64,000 bases of DNA from Ascoidea asiatica JCM 7603 (lineage: Eukaryota; Fungi; Ascomycota), in assembly GCA_001600695.1 (NCBI GenBank), contig BCKQ01000004.1, positions 1,292,321 to 1,356,320 of the forward strand, given 5' to 3'. The position numbers were made by a program, and so were the translations under genes. The stretch's first letter is position 1. Every line of letters begins with the position of its first letter. Below, piece by piece: positions 48,334 through 59,784 of the stretch. The notes beneath the pieces are model-generated. The model did no database searches, was not told the DNA's origin, and saw only the letters and a program-made list of their open reading frames with translations.

Positions 48334-48915
48334 TTAATAATTATTAATTGAATTGTAATCAATAAATTCATTATTCAACTGATTAATGAATTTATATTCA
48401 AATGGATTTTCATATTTCTTATTATTATTTATATCATTATCATAAGTACTTTGAATATCTGTTAAATTTGAATTATATATAGAATTTATAGAATTATTTG
48501 TAATTGGTGTACCTGTATTATAAATTAATGAAAAACAACTATCTCTTCTATTTCCAATTCCAATTCCATTTCCAATTCCATTTATATCATAATCTAAATC
48601 CATTCTTAAACTACTCAGATCTTCAATATCATTAATATCATATTCATCTTCAATATCATTATCATTATCATTATCATTATCATTATCATTGAGTTTAAAT
48701 ACATAATTATGATTATATTTAATTGGAGATTTTATATTAAATTTCTTTGTTTTAAAAATATTAACTTTCTTAAACCAAAATGAATTTTTTTTCAAAGAAG
48801 TTTTTTCATTATTATTATTATTATTATTAAGTATTTTCAAATTCAGATTATCTTTTACACTTGATTTTGATTTTGATTTGGAATTTGAATTTCTATGGAA
48901 TTTAATTGAAGTCAT
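48334..48915 (-). CDS. Low-complexity hypothetical protein
   Basis: 193-aa ORF with host codon usage; RRDS PKA-type site; no confident domain. Confidence 0.5.
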   Translation of the reverse strand: MTSIKFHRNSNSKSKSKSSVKDNLNLKILNNNNNNNEKTSLKKNSFWFKKVNIFKTKKFNIKSPIKYNHNYVFKLNDNDNDNDNDNDIEDEYDINDIEDLSSLRMDLDYDINGIGNGIGIGNRRDSCFSLIYNTGTPITNNSINSIYNSNLTDIQSTYDNDINNNKKYENPFEYKFINQLNNEFIDYNSINNY

Positions 48916-49337
48916 TTTGATTTATTTTATTATTATTATATAAGATAAAAAACAATAGATTATAAAGAATCAAATATTTCACTGTATTTATACTGTCATC
49001 CAACAATTATATTTGAATTATTCCATTTTTATTAACTCTGTTGTAAACAATAATACTTGTATTTATAAAACTAATAATAAATTACTCTAATTTTAAATAA
49101 TTCATTAAGTTCGTATAAATATTTTAATTCAAATTTGAACTTAATTGCATTGCTCTCGATAAACAATATTCACTTTAATTAAGTAAGATAAACGAATATG
49201 AATAAATTATTCTTTTATTCACTGTTCATTTATTCATTAATTTCTTTACTTCTTTACTTTCCTACCTTCTTTGAATATTTCTATTTTTAATATTAACTCA
49301 TAATAAGTTTAAAAAAGGAAATAAATTTAAAAAAATT

Positions 49338-49409
49338 GGGCCGAGCTGGGAATTGAACCCAGGGCCTCCTGCACCCAAAGCAGGAATCATACCACTAGAC
49401 CACACGGCC
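49338..49409 (-). tRNA. tRNA-Pro(TGG)
   Basis: Identical to 32255-32326. Confidence 0.95.
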
Positions 49410-49589
49410 AAACTTTTAAATTATGAAGTTGTATACATTATAACAAATGTACAAATGAGTACATTAAAAGCCAGAAACGCGGGTCTCCTTCGGGGTATGC
49501 ATAAATGTTGTGATTTCTGCAACTTATACCGGCAATAGCAGCACCTAGCAGGGTGGCGAATCTAACCACGAAATTAAAGAAAAGATAAA

Positions 49590-49900
49590 AAAACAGATAT
49601 AAAAACAGATATAAAAACAGATATAAAAACAGATATAAAGAAGCAGTTGAAATACTTTACTGTCATCTATTCATCAATCAATCAATCATTCAATCCATTA
49701 ATTATTTAATCAATCAATCATTTAGTCAATCCATTAATAATTCAATCAATAAATCAATCAGTCAATCAATAATTCAATCAGTGGGTATTGATCAATCAAT
49801 CAATTATTCAATCGTTCATTCAATCAATCATCTAATCTATCAATCAATTGATCATTCAATCCATTGGTCATTCAATCCATTGGTCAATCAATTGATCATT
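49590..49900. repeat. 11-bp tandem (AAAAACAGATAT-like x4) followed by ~230 bp degenerate (TCAA)n satellite
   Basis: Directly visible upstream of the LRR gene. Confidence 0.8.
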
Positions 49901-49932
49901 TATGAAAAAAAGAGGAATAAGAAGAAAGTAAA

Positions 49933-51699
49933 ATGATTTTAACAGAAAAATGTTGTCCTGTTCATATAATCAAAAAAATTTTAAAAAATTTAACAAATGA
50001 TAAATTATTCTTATTATCTTTATCAAATTTAAATTTAAATTTAAATTCAATCAAGTTTTATTCAAGTTTAATTTTATTTAAAAAAGCCAATATTAATTTT
50101 AATGAAATTGATTTAAAATCTAATACTTTTTTATTAGAAAAATATCTTTCTTTATATGATAATGAAAAATATAATTATAAAAAAAATAATTCAATTATAA
50201 ATTTACCAATAAATATTAATTTAGATATTAATTTTAAAAATTTAAATTTTATAAAATTTATAAAATTTATTAAATTTATTGAATATTTTAAATATATTAA
50301 AGTTTTACATCTTTTTTCAAATCCAGCTCTTCCACATTTAAGAAATTTAAATTTTAATTCAAATTTTTTTAAATTTATAAAATATTTAAATTTAAATTTT
50401 AATAATATTCAATATTTATTAATTAATGATATAAGTTGTTTAAAATTATTACTTTTATTTAAAAATAACAATAACTCTGATTCTTTTTTAAAAAATTTAA
50501 AAACTTTAATAATTGATCCAGGTTCTAAATCGTTTTTTAGTGTATATTTTTATAGACCGAATTTAGATTTAAATTCACTAAATTTAAAAAATTTTTTAAA
50601 AAATTGTTTAAATTTAAAGAAATTATCATTAAATCGAATTACTTTATGTTATTCAAGTTTTTTAGAATTTACTAATTTTCAAAATTTAAATACTTTAAAA
50701 AATTTATCTTTAACAAAATGTTTAATAGATAATTTTAGTAATTTTAAACTTTTAATAAATTTAAATTATTTAGATTTATCAAAAAATAGAATTGTTGTAA
50801 TTTCAAAAGATTTTAAATATTTAATAAATTTAAAAAAATTAATTTTAAAAAGAAATAAAATTTTAAAAATTGAAAATTTAGATAATTTAATAAATTTAAA
50901 TTATTTAGATTTATCAAGAAATGAAATTTCAGTTTTAGAAAATTTAAAAAATTTAAAAAATTTAAAGAAATTTTTTATATATTTTAATAAAATTTCAATT
51001 TTAAAAGATTTAAATTATTTAATAAATTTAAAAAAATTTGATATAAGTTGGAATTTAATTAAAAAAATTGAAAATTTATATAATTTAAAAAATTTAAATT
51101 CTTTAGATTTAAGAGGTAATAAAATTAAAATTTTAGAAAATTTAAATTATTTAACAAATTTAAAAAAATTTATAATTGCAGAAAATTCTATTGAAATTAT
51201 TGATGAAAATAATTTTAAATTATTAAGAAAATTAAATTCATTAGATTTATCCAAAAATCAAATTAGAGATATAAATTCATTAAAATATTTAGAAAATTTA
51301 AATTATTTAAATCTTTCAAATAATTCAATTATTGAATTTCCAAATATTTTTAAAAATTTTAAATTTTTAACAAAAATTAATATCTCAGATAATATTGAAA
51401 TTAAATTCTTAGAAAATTTACCAATATCATTAAAAATTATTGGATTTTATAATATCATTTTAAATACAATTGATATAAGTTTTTTTAAATCTTTTAAACC
51501 TGAAATTAAAGTTGATCATGAAAGTTTAATTACATCTCCTGGTTTTAATCATTTATCAATTATAGATCAAACATTTTTAATAGAACTTCTTGAAAAAAGT
51601 TCAGAAGATCCAAAATTTGATTTAATTGGTGGTGATATTGAAAATTATTCTACTGAAGATTACGAATCTAATGACCTTCCTTTGGAAGTCACATTCTAA
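49933..51699 (+). CDS. Leucine-rich-repeat protein (SDS22/internalin-like 22-aa repeats)
   Basis: More than 10 repeats of LxxLxxLxLsxNxIxxIenL. Confidence 0.9.
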   Translation: MILTEKCCPVHIIKKILKNLTNDKLFLLSLSNLNLNLNSIKFYSSLILFKKANINFNEIDLKSNTFLLEKYLSLYDNEKYNYKKNNSIINLPININLDINFKNLNFIKFIKFIKFIEYFKYIKVLHLFSNPALPHLRNLNFNSNFFKFIKYLNLNFNNIQYLLINDISCLKLLLLFKNNNNSDSFLKNLKTLIIDPGSKSFFSVYFYRPNLDLNSLNLKNFLKNCLNLKKLSLNRITLCYSSFLEFTNFQNLNTLKNLSLTKCLIDNFSNFKLLINLNYLDLSKNRIVVISKDFKYLINLKKLILKRNKILKIENLDNLINLNYLDLSRNEISVLENLKNLKNLKKFFIYFNKISILKDLNYLINLKKFDISWNLIKKIENLYNLKNLNSLDLRGNKIKILENLNYLTNLKKFIIAENSIEIIDENNFKLLRKLNSLDLSKNQIRDINSLKYLENLNYLNLSNNSIIEFPNIFKNFKFLTKINISDNIEIKFLENLPISLKIIGFYNIILNTIDISFFKSFKPEIKVDHESLITSPGFNHLSIIDQTFLIELLEKSSEDPKFDLIGGDIENYSTEDYESNDLPLEVTF

Positions 51700-51897
51700 T
51701 TCATATATATATATTTTTTTTTCATAACTTGTTGTTTATCTCTTTTATTATTCAATCATCATTTAAATTATATAATAAGTATATATTATGTAGTTATATT
51801 TAAAACATACAATAAATACACCTATTTTATATGTATTTTTTACGTATTAACATATAAAATATTCTTGAAATAAAGTAAAGCAAGAAAAAAAAGAAAT

Positions 51898-51971
51898 TGG
51901 TCCCTAGCAGGATCGAACTGCTGATCCCCGCGTTATTAGCACGATGCCTTAACCAACTGGGCCAAGGGACC
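51898..51971 (-). tRNA. tRNA-Ile(AAT)
   Basis: Identical to 35845-35918. Confidence 0.95.
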
Positions 51972-52430
51972 AAATTGCCAATTTCAAATTTGTTACCTCG
52001 CATTCATAGATAATTGAAGAAAACAGGTCGGAGACGGTAATAAAAATAAAAACTGTAAACTGAGAAAAAACGGGATTCCTGATTTGGAGGGTGTTTCCAC
52101 GTGGTTGATTTTATTTTTAAGGAGAACCGAATAATTTATTAATGGAAAATAAAGGGAAATAAAGGAAAATAAAGGAAATGAGTGAAATTGATGGAATTTA
52201 ACAGCAATTTCAACCTGAAAATACCAAATAAATTATTGAAATCTAAAAATGACTCGTTTTGTTTTTGATGGCTGATTTGGTTAAAGTTATATATAATATC
52301 TGAGATTAAAAATATGAAGAGATGAGATGATTGAAATTCTTATATAAAGTACGTTTTCACATTTTATTTCAAAGTAAATTATAATATAATTAAAGATAAG
52401 ATACAAATATATTTAGAGACATTTCAAATA

Positions 52431-53090
52431 ATGATGACTGATTATTATAATAACAATGGTAATGATGATGGTGATGATTATGATAATAATCATAATCGTA
52501 TGAATCAAAACAGAGATATAAATGATGACTTTGAACAAATTGAAAAGCCAAGAAGTTTTATTAGAAAACAGAAAAAAGAAAGAAGAGAAAGAAGAGAAAA
52601 AGATGATGGTAATAAATCTGATACTTCTTCTGCAAACGATGAATCAGAATGTGAAGATATGAGAGGATTTTTAGCAACTTCTGGTGGTGCTGCTTTAGGC
52701 GGATTTGCAGGTTCTAAGATTTTTAAAGAACATAAAGCTTTTGGAGGAATTGTTGGTGCTCTTGGTGGTGCAGTGATTGCAAATAAACTAGAAGATAAAT
52801 ATGAAGAACATAGAGAAAATGATCATATTGAAGAAAGAAAAAAACAAGAAGATGAAGAAAATTATAGAAGAAATCAAAGATATAATCAACAACAAAATTA
52901 TAATAACAATAATAACAATGATAACTATAATAATGATAATGATAACTATCATCAAAGATCTGAATATAAAAGTCATAGTTATGAACAAAAAACTGAATAT
53001 AGATCAAGTGGTTTTAATGATCGTAATACTGAATTTAACAGTAATCAAACTGTTAACAATAGATCTTATGATTACAATCCATATGCTTGA
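52431..53090 (+). CDS. Glycine-zipper protein, paralog of 6487-7125
   Basis: DTSSANDESECEDMRGFLATSGGAALGGFAGSK...FGGIVGALGGAVIANKLEDKYEEHRENDH. Confidence 0.75.
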   Translation: MMTDYYNNNGNDDGDDYDNNHNRMNQNRDINDDFEQIEKPRSFIRKQKKERRERREKDDGNKSDTSSANDESECEDMRGFLATSGGAALGGFAGSKIFKEHKAFGGIVGALGGAVIANKLEDKYEEHRENDHIEERKKQEDEENYRRNQRYNQQQNYNNNNNNDNYNNDNDNYHQRSEYKSHSYEQKTEYRSSGFNDRNTEFNSNQTVNNRSYDYNPYA

Positions 53091-53116
53091 TTAACATTTT
53101 ATTAATTTCTATTTAA

Positions 53117-54635
53117 TTATTCAATTTTAATAAATGAATTAATATCATTAACAATTTTTATTGTTTCATCTGGATTTGAAATCCAAACTGTACATGCTGC
53201 TAATCTTGCTTTAAAATCATTACCACCAATTGAAGCAAATTGATCTCCAATATGTAAAGTTTGAAAATTTTTAATATTACCAATATAATTTTGTAAAACT
53301 TTAACTCCATCACTTTTATCACCACCAATATCAACCCAAACATCATTACCACCATTAAATGCACAAAATTTAATTAAATTTAAATTTTTAAATTTTTTAC
53401 AATTTAATTCAAGTTTATTTTGTAAACTTAAAACAATTTCTTCTAATTGTTCTCTACAAATAGATTTTTTAAAAATTGGAATTATACCAATTGCTTTATC
53501 TTTAAAAATTATTTTACTTTTTTTTTCAAGTTTTAATCTTTTTTGAATTTTAATTAATTCAATTTTAACTAATTTTAAAAATTCATTTTCTGAAAATTCT
53601 TTATTAATAAGTTCATTATTATTTGAAAATAAATTTTGTTTAAAATCAATCCAAATTAAATTATTTTCCTTGTTAATAAGATTTAATTTAAATAAATAAT
53701 TACATTCACCACCCATAATAAAAAAATTTTTTTTTTGATCAATTGATAAATAATTTGAAAATTTAATTTCATCAATAAGTCCTTTTAATCTTTGATAATA
53801 TTTTTCACCATGTTTTTCAGGATAACCAGCAGCTGTAACAATTCCAATTTTTAAATTTCTTTTTAATAAATTTATAATTGGTAATATAATTTTTGAATTT
53901 TTTTCAATTGATTTACCATCTTCATATAAAGTTACATCTCCATCAAAAGTTATTAATTTTAAATAATTTTCCATTTTATTTGAATGGGTATTTGAGATTG
54001 AAATTTGATTACAAATTTGTAAAATTTGAGCTTTATTTAAAATTACTCTAATATCATTAAAACTTGGAGAAACAAATTTTCTTGAAGATATTGATCTTTC
54101 AAAATCTATTAATTTAAAAGCTTCAACTAAAGGTAAATCTGTGAAAAATAAACCAATATTTGGTACTAATTGTCTTAATCTTGAAATTAAAATTGAAGTT
54201 CCATTATTATTTTCGTTATTATTAGTATTTTCTGAGGATACTAAAATATCTTCATGAATTAAATCTTCAATTTCTTTAAAGACTTGTATATATGAATTAA
54301 TTAAATTTATATTTAAATTTTCATTTGACTCATCATTTGAGAAACCATTTGAGATTTCATTTGAGATTTCATTTGAGATTTCATTTGAAGTTTCATTATC
54401 ATATGAATAATTTGATAATACTTTTTGACTATGTAAGATAAATGGACCAACTAATAATGCTTTAATCCATTCAATAAAATCATCTCTACGATGTTTTTTT
54501 AAAGCGTCTATTTTAACCAACTCATAAATAAGTAACTTAACTATTAGTAAACAATTTTAATAAGTGAGTAATGAAATAATTGATCAATTGAATGAGTGAG
54601 AAAAACTTACAATCAAGACGATATTTTGAAGACAT
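53117..54635 (-). CDS. ISN1: IMP-specific 5'-nucleotidase; exons 54635-54611 and 54507-53117
   Basis: Spliced N-terminus MSSKYRLDYALKKHRRDDFIEWIK; LITFDGDVTLYEDG, CAFNGGNDVWVDIG, LHIGDQF; intron 54610-54508 GTAAGT...TACTAAT...TAG. Confidence 0.95.
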
Positions 54636-54693
54636 TAGAATAGGAATATAATATAGGAAATATATGACAGGAAGATATAATATAAATGAAAAG

Positions 54694-54735
54694 GAATTGA
54701 ATTGAATTGAATTGAATTGAATTGAATTGAATTTA
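54694..54735. repeat. (GAATT)n microsatellite
   Basis: Directly visible. Confidence 0.85.
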
Positions 54736-55639
54736 ATTTAATCGAAAATATTAATGATATATTCATGAAAAGAACTCAATTGATAAATTTGAATAAAAAA
54801 AAGAAAGAATAGAATACAAGAAAGTAAACAAAATAAAGGTTTTTGTTTTCTTTTATATCTATTCACAGTCATACTCCAGTTATCCCATTGTCATTTGCAC
54901 AATTTTTCGTCTTTTGTTTCTTGTTATCGAAATCTGTGGTTTTAAGTTTTGCGCTGAGTCTGTCACTTCGCACGTCACTCGACGCAAAAACGCGCGTCGG
55001 ACAGCCACACAACAGCCACACAAAAGAGGTCCGAAGCCTTATTCACTGCCACGACTGGTTTTATTAAAAACAGTGGCTAATCTTCAGAGTGGCTAGTGGT
55101 AATATTTTTCAGTTTAAAGTTTAGAATGAGAACGTGACTTTATTTTCAGTTCTAAACTTTAATTTCCTCTTTGGAATTTTGAAGATCCCAAAGTCGTTAT
55201 TCAGTTTTATGGAATGAGTTTTATAAAAGCAAAATTATCACTATAAGTACTTGAAATAGACTAAGAAGTAGTCTCTTTGAATTATTTAATGTAAATATTT
55301 AATTATGGTTTGTTCTTTGGATCTGCAGAGTAAAATTACATTTGTCCTTTAACTTATAAAAGTTACTTTTTTTGGAAATTGTATGATATGATTCTTTCAA
55401 ATGATTATAAATTTGATAAAAAGTATTTTATAATAATGTAACTTTTTTCATATTAACTTATCTGTCTATGACTTCTATCAAAATGACAATAATTAACGGT
55501 ATCTAAATATCATAATCTTCCACTCATACTTTATATAATAAGTAAGGAAAACTTGTAATTAGAATTCTTTATAATCCAAGTATCTACAACTTTAATACGA
55601 CCTCATTAAACATGCTTCAAATAAAAAATTATATGAAAG

Positions 55640-55692
55640 TACTGTATATATTATACTGTATATTTATACTGTATATTTATACTGTATATTTA
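55640..55692. repeat. 13-bp tandem repeat (TATACTGTATATT) x4
   Basis: Directly visible. Confidence 0.85.
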
Positions 55693-56145
55693 TACATCTT
55701 ATTGTATTAACATTATATAATTATCAAGTATTCAGTTTAAGATTCATTTACCGAAACTTTAAAATAACAAATCTCGAGATTTTTGTGAATTAAAACAATA
55801 TATATATATTAGTTAATCAAATATATAATTATTAAAATATTAGATTATTTCAATAATCTGAATTATAAAAAATTATTACTCCTCAAGATAAATATTTTGT
55901 TTTCATTATTGGTGGTTGTATAATTGTATACGATAAAATACTATAGTAATAAATATGATATGAAATTAGTAGAGTATATAATTAATTATCTGATTTGGGG
56001 TTCAAAATTTTATTAATAATATTAACAAATTAAAATCTTAACTCATAAGTTTTCAAAGTTTTAACGTTAATTTTATTTCAAATATAAAAATTTAAAAATT
56101 TAGTAAGTATGGTATAACAATTTATTACTTGAGATATAAATGTAG

Positions 56146-56167
56146 TTTCCTAATTGGGACTTCAATG
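56146..56167 (+). promoter_or_regulatory. Putative Mcm1 + MATalpha1 (alpha-specific gene) element
   Basis: TTTCCTAATTGGGAC-T-TCAATG, ~90-110 bp upstream of the STE3 ATG, resembling the S. cerevisiae P'Q box. Confidence 0.65.
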
Positions 56168-56254
56168 GAACTTATACTTTACAGTATAAATAATTGAATG
56201 AATTTCTTTATAAATTTTTTTTTTTTATTTAATTTAAATTAAATTAAAAAAAAA

Positions 56255-57589
56255 ATGATTGATTATCAAGCATTATTAATATTTTTATCAGCATTAGCAA
56301 TTTTATGTTTAATAATACCAACATGGCAACAATTTAAAAATTCAGATAGATTACCATATTTATCATTATTTCTTTGGTTATTTTTAATGAATTTAGAAAC
56401 ATTTGTTAATATAATAATTTGGGGAGGAGATGATTTTAAAACTAGATGGAATGGAGAAGGATGGTGTGATATTTATAATTATATTTATGATTCATCAACA
56501 GTTGGAATTGCATGTTGTGCAACATGTATTGTATTTCATATGTATTGTATATTATCAATGAATAAATTTTGTAATTTTACAAGAATTAAGAAAAATATAA
56601 TTTTTTTTTTAATTTGTTGGTTACAACCAATATTTATTATATCATTTGCATATCTTGTTTATGCTTCAAGATTTGTAATTGTTAAATATTCAGGATGTTT
56701 ACCATTACATCAAGCAAGTTGGTTAAGAATTTTATTAATTTATGTTTGGTCACTTGTTTGGTTATTAATTGGAATAATTTTATCAATATTAACAATAATT
56801 AAATTTTTTAAAAGAAGAAAAGATGCAGATGATATTTTTAGATGTACAGAAGGTGGATTAAGTGTTAAAAGATTTTTTAGAGTTATGATATTTTGTTTAT
56901 TAATATTTTTAATATTATTACCAGTTACAATAATTTATTTTAAATCAAATTTAGATATTGTTATACCATATAGTTTTAAAATTGCTCATGCTAAATATGC
57001 ATGGAATTCAAAATATTATTTAAATCTTTCAAAACCATTATATGATAGATATATATTAGCAGTTTTATGTTATATTGTTTTTGGATTATTTGGAATTGGA
57101 ATTGGTACAGGATCAATATATTTTAAAATTTTAAAATTTTTAAGATTAAAATTTATAATAAAATATTTTGAAGAAAAAGAAATGAAATCAAAAATTGAAA
57201 AAGATAAACAAGTTGATAATTATTTATTTTTTAATGAAAATAATAATTTACAAAGATTAAATAGGAAACTGAGAGATTCAAATTTAGATATTGAATTAGG
57301 TAATATTTTAAAAAATGATGATAATGATAAGAATTATAAAAATGAATTAGAAAAAGGATATATTTATGATTATGATTATAGTGAAGAAGAATCACCAAGA
57401 ATTAAAACTGGAAGTTCAGAATCATTTTCAGGAATTGAAAAACCAAAAGAAGTTTATAAAAGAGATTATTCAACTTCAATTCATTCTTTATCTAATAATC
57501 ATAGTCATAATAATGATAATAATGATAATAATGAAAATATTGATTCTAGTTATAAATATGCAGTTAAGATTATTCAATTTAAGGACTAA
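56255..57589 (+). CDS. STE3: a-factor pheromone receptor (7TM GPCR)
   Basis: N.IIWGGDDF..RWNGEGWCDI, RFVIVKYSGC, FFKRRKDADDIFRCT..GLS..RF.R, FGLFG.G. Confidence 0.93.
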   Translation: MIDYQALLIFLSALAILCLIIPTWQQFKNSDRLPYLSLFLWLFLMNLETFVNIIIWGGDDFKTRWNGEGWCDIYNYIYDSSTVGIACCATCIVFHMYCILSMNKFCNFTRIKKNIIFFLICWLQPIFIISFAYLVYASRFVIVKYSGCLPLHQASWLRILLIYVWSLVWLLIGIILSILTIIKFFKRRKDADDIFRCTEGGLSVKRFFRVMIFCLLIFLILLPVTIIYFKSNLDIVIPYSFKIAHAKYAWNSKYYLNLSKPLYDRYILAVLCYIVFGLFGIGIGTGSIYFKILKFLRLKFIIKYFEEKEMKSKIEKDKQVDNYLFFNENNNLQRLNRKLRDSNLDIELGNILKNDDNDKNYKNELEKGYIYDYDYSEEESPRIKTGSSESFSGIEKPKEVYKRDYSTSIHSLSNNHSHNNDNNDNNENIDSSYKYAVKIIQFKD

Positions 57590-57754
57590 ATAAACAAACG
57601 TTTATGAAGTTAGCTTTACTATTCTTTTTCTTCAACTTATCCTCTAACTAATATGTTCTTCTTTATTTCTTTCTTTCATATATATCTTTCTTTCTTTCTT
57701 TATTTCTTCCTTTGATATCTGTGATATCTTTCTTTATATAATCAACTAATGTAA

Positions 57755-57790
57755 GTGTCACTGTCACTGTCACAGTCACTGTCACTGTGA
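57755..57790. repeat. (TGTCAC)n microsatellite
   Basis: Directly visible. Confidence 0.8.
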
Positions 57791-57932
57791 TTGTAATTGT
57801 AATTAAATAAACTGTTTCCAGAACTGTGGGTCTAATGCACTGAAACGTAGGCATAACCTTCAGCCGCAGACATGAATAAATAAATTGATCACACGATCAC
57901 AATGTCATTTTTCTTTTAAAAAGCAACAATTT

Positions 57933-58006
57933 GGTCCCTTGGCCCAGTTGGTTAAGGCATCGTGCTAATAACGCGGGGATCAGCAGTTCGATCCTGCTAG
58001 GGACCA
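57933..58006 (+). tRNA. tRNA-Ile(AAT)
   Basis: Identical to 35845-35918. Confidence 0.95.
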
Positions 58007-58077
58007 ATTTCTTTTTATTTTTTTTATTGTCTTTATTTCTTGAGTATTTTATTTTTACATTTACTACTTGAATCAAT

Positions 58078-58111
<34 letters not shown>

Positions 58112-58322
58112 TTACAATTCTATTTCCTAAACAGATTTCATTATGATAGTGATAATGTTAATTTTTATACCGTAGTTCAGGTTCATTTGGGTTCCGTTAT
58201 TATTTTTACTTTCTTATACGTATATAAAAAGAGGTCTAAATTCATTATTATATTTCCAATTCAAATAAATTTTTTAAGTAAAAGAAAAGATAATATTATA
58301 AAAAGTTAGTTATTTTGAAGAA

Positions 58323-58838
58323 ATGAAACTTTATTCAGCTTTAAGATTAAGAAAAGAGTATGAAATAAAACTTGAAAATCTTGAAGATCGTATTAAAAAT
58401 AATTGTATTGTTCAACAAGATTCAGAACCTTCAGAAGATTATAAAGAATTATTAAAAGAATATATGATAATAAATGAAAATTTAAAAAATTTAATTACAG
58501 ATATTAATAATACTAATGCTAATAGTAAATTTAAATTTAAATTTAATGAATCAAATGAATTAAGAAGTTTAACTGAAGCATTTTCATTAAGATATAATTT
58601 AAATAGACAAATTAAAATTTTAAATTCAATTTCTTCTAATGGTATTATTAATAATCATATTCATTCAAAAACTGAAATTAAATATTATTCTGTTATTAAT
58701 GTTGCTGAAAATCAATATTTAGCTTCTGAAATTCGTAAAAAATTAAGAAAATTAGATAATTTAATTGAAGAACAAAATTTTACTGTTGATTTAATTACTA
58801 ATTACAAATATTTCAAATATAATAAATATAATAAATAA
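58323..58838 (+). CDS. DIP1984-family protein, copy 3 (diverged, AT-adapted)
   Basis: Identical first 13 aa (MKLYSALRLRKEY), colinear with copies 1/2, roughly half the residues identical; similar TATA context at ~58221. Confidence 0.8.
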   Translation: MKLYSALRLRKEYEIKLENLEDRIKNNCIVQQDSEPSEDYKELLKEYMIINENLKNLITDINNTNANSKFKFKFNESNELRSLTEAFSLRYNLNRQIKILNSISSNGIINNHIHSKTEIKYYSVINVAENQYLASEIRKKLRKLDNLIEEQNFTVDLITNYKYFKYNKYNK

Positions 58839-58981
58839 TTAAAGATATAATTAATATAAACAAATAAACAAATAAACAAATAAATAAATAAATAAATATT
58901 TAAAATTTTGACCCTATGAAGTAACCCCTTTCTTTAATGGTGTTATGTTGAGTTGCGTGACAGTTTTAACTGTAAACATTT

Positions 58982-59053
58982 GGCCGTGTGGTCTAGTGGT
59001 ATGATTCCTGCTTTGGGTGCAGGAGGCCCTGGGTTCAATTCCCAGCTCGGCCC
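58982..59053 (+). tRNA. tRNA-Pro(TGG)
   Basis: Identical to the other two Pro genes. Confidence 0.95.
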
Positions 59054-59152
59054 TTTTTTGAAATTCACTTTCTTTTTTTTTTTTCCATTTTTTTAACATT
59101 ACGTATTCCTTCTGTGTTGAAAAGTGGAAAAAACAAAAAACAACATCAAATT

Positions 59153-59225
59153 GGTCCGTTGGTCAAGTGGTTACGACGCTTCGTTTACACCGAAGAGATC
59201 GCGAGTTCGATCCTCGCATGGATCA
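59153..59225 (+). tRNA. tRNA-Val(TAC)
   Basis: GGTCCGTTGGTCAAGTGG...CTTCG-TT-TAC-AC-CGAAG...GCGAG-TTCGATC-CTCGC-ATGGATCA. Confidence 0.93.
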
Positions 59226-59784
59226 TATCTTTTTTGTTCTTTTAGATGTAAATTACAACCATATATCATATATTATATATATACTATTAAATATCATATA
59301 ATATATATATACTAAGTTTACTTATCTCATTCTGTTTTTAATACAAACACAGCCATGTTTAATAAATATTTCATTTACAATATAATAAATAAACTATAAT
59401 ACAAAGTTTTTTCTATGTACTCGTGTGCTCAATGACATAACTTTATTTAATCATATTTAGTAAATGAAAATTACATTTAAAAACAATCAATTCACTCATT
59501 TTATAAAATTTTCTCTTAGGTTTTATTGGAATTAAGTAAATTATATCCTTAATAATCTTTTAATTATTCATTATAAAAAACGTTTTCCATATATTTTTAT
59601 TACAATTTTATTATTAAAATGTTTAAAAATTTATGAATATTAATGAAAATGATATAATAGTTCTGTAAAAATGTATAAAAACTTGAGAATTTCACTTATA
59701 ATATAAATATTTGAAAATTTATAATAATTTATTCAAATTTATAATAATCTATTCAATTCAAATCTTTTTTTTTTTTTTTAAAAT

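Noticed and set aside
48690-48745. CRIB-like motif (IKSPIKYNHNYV) in the 48334-48915 ORF
   Set aside because: Lacks the conserved Phe and second His; too weak to call
49590-49900. CRISPR-like or telomeric array
   Set aside because: Simple degenerate microsatellites without unique spacers; eukaryotic internal location
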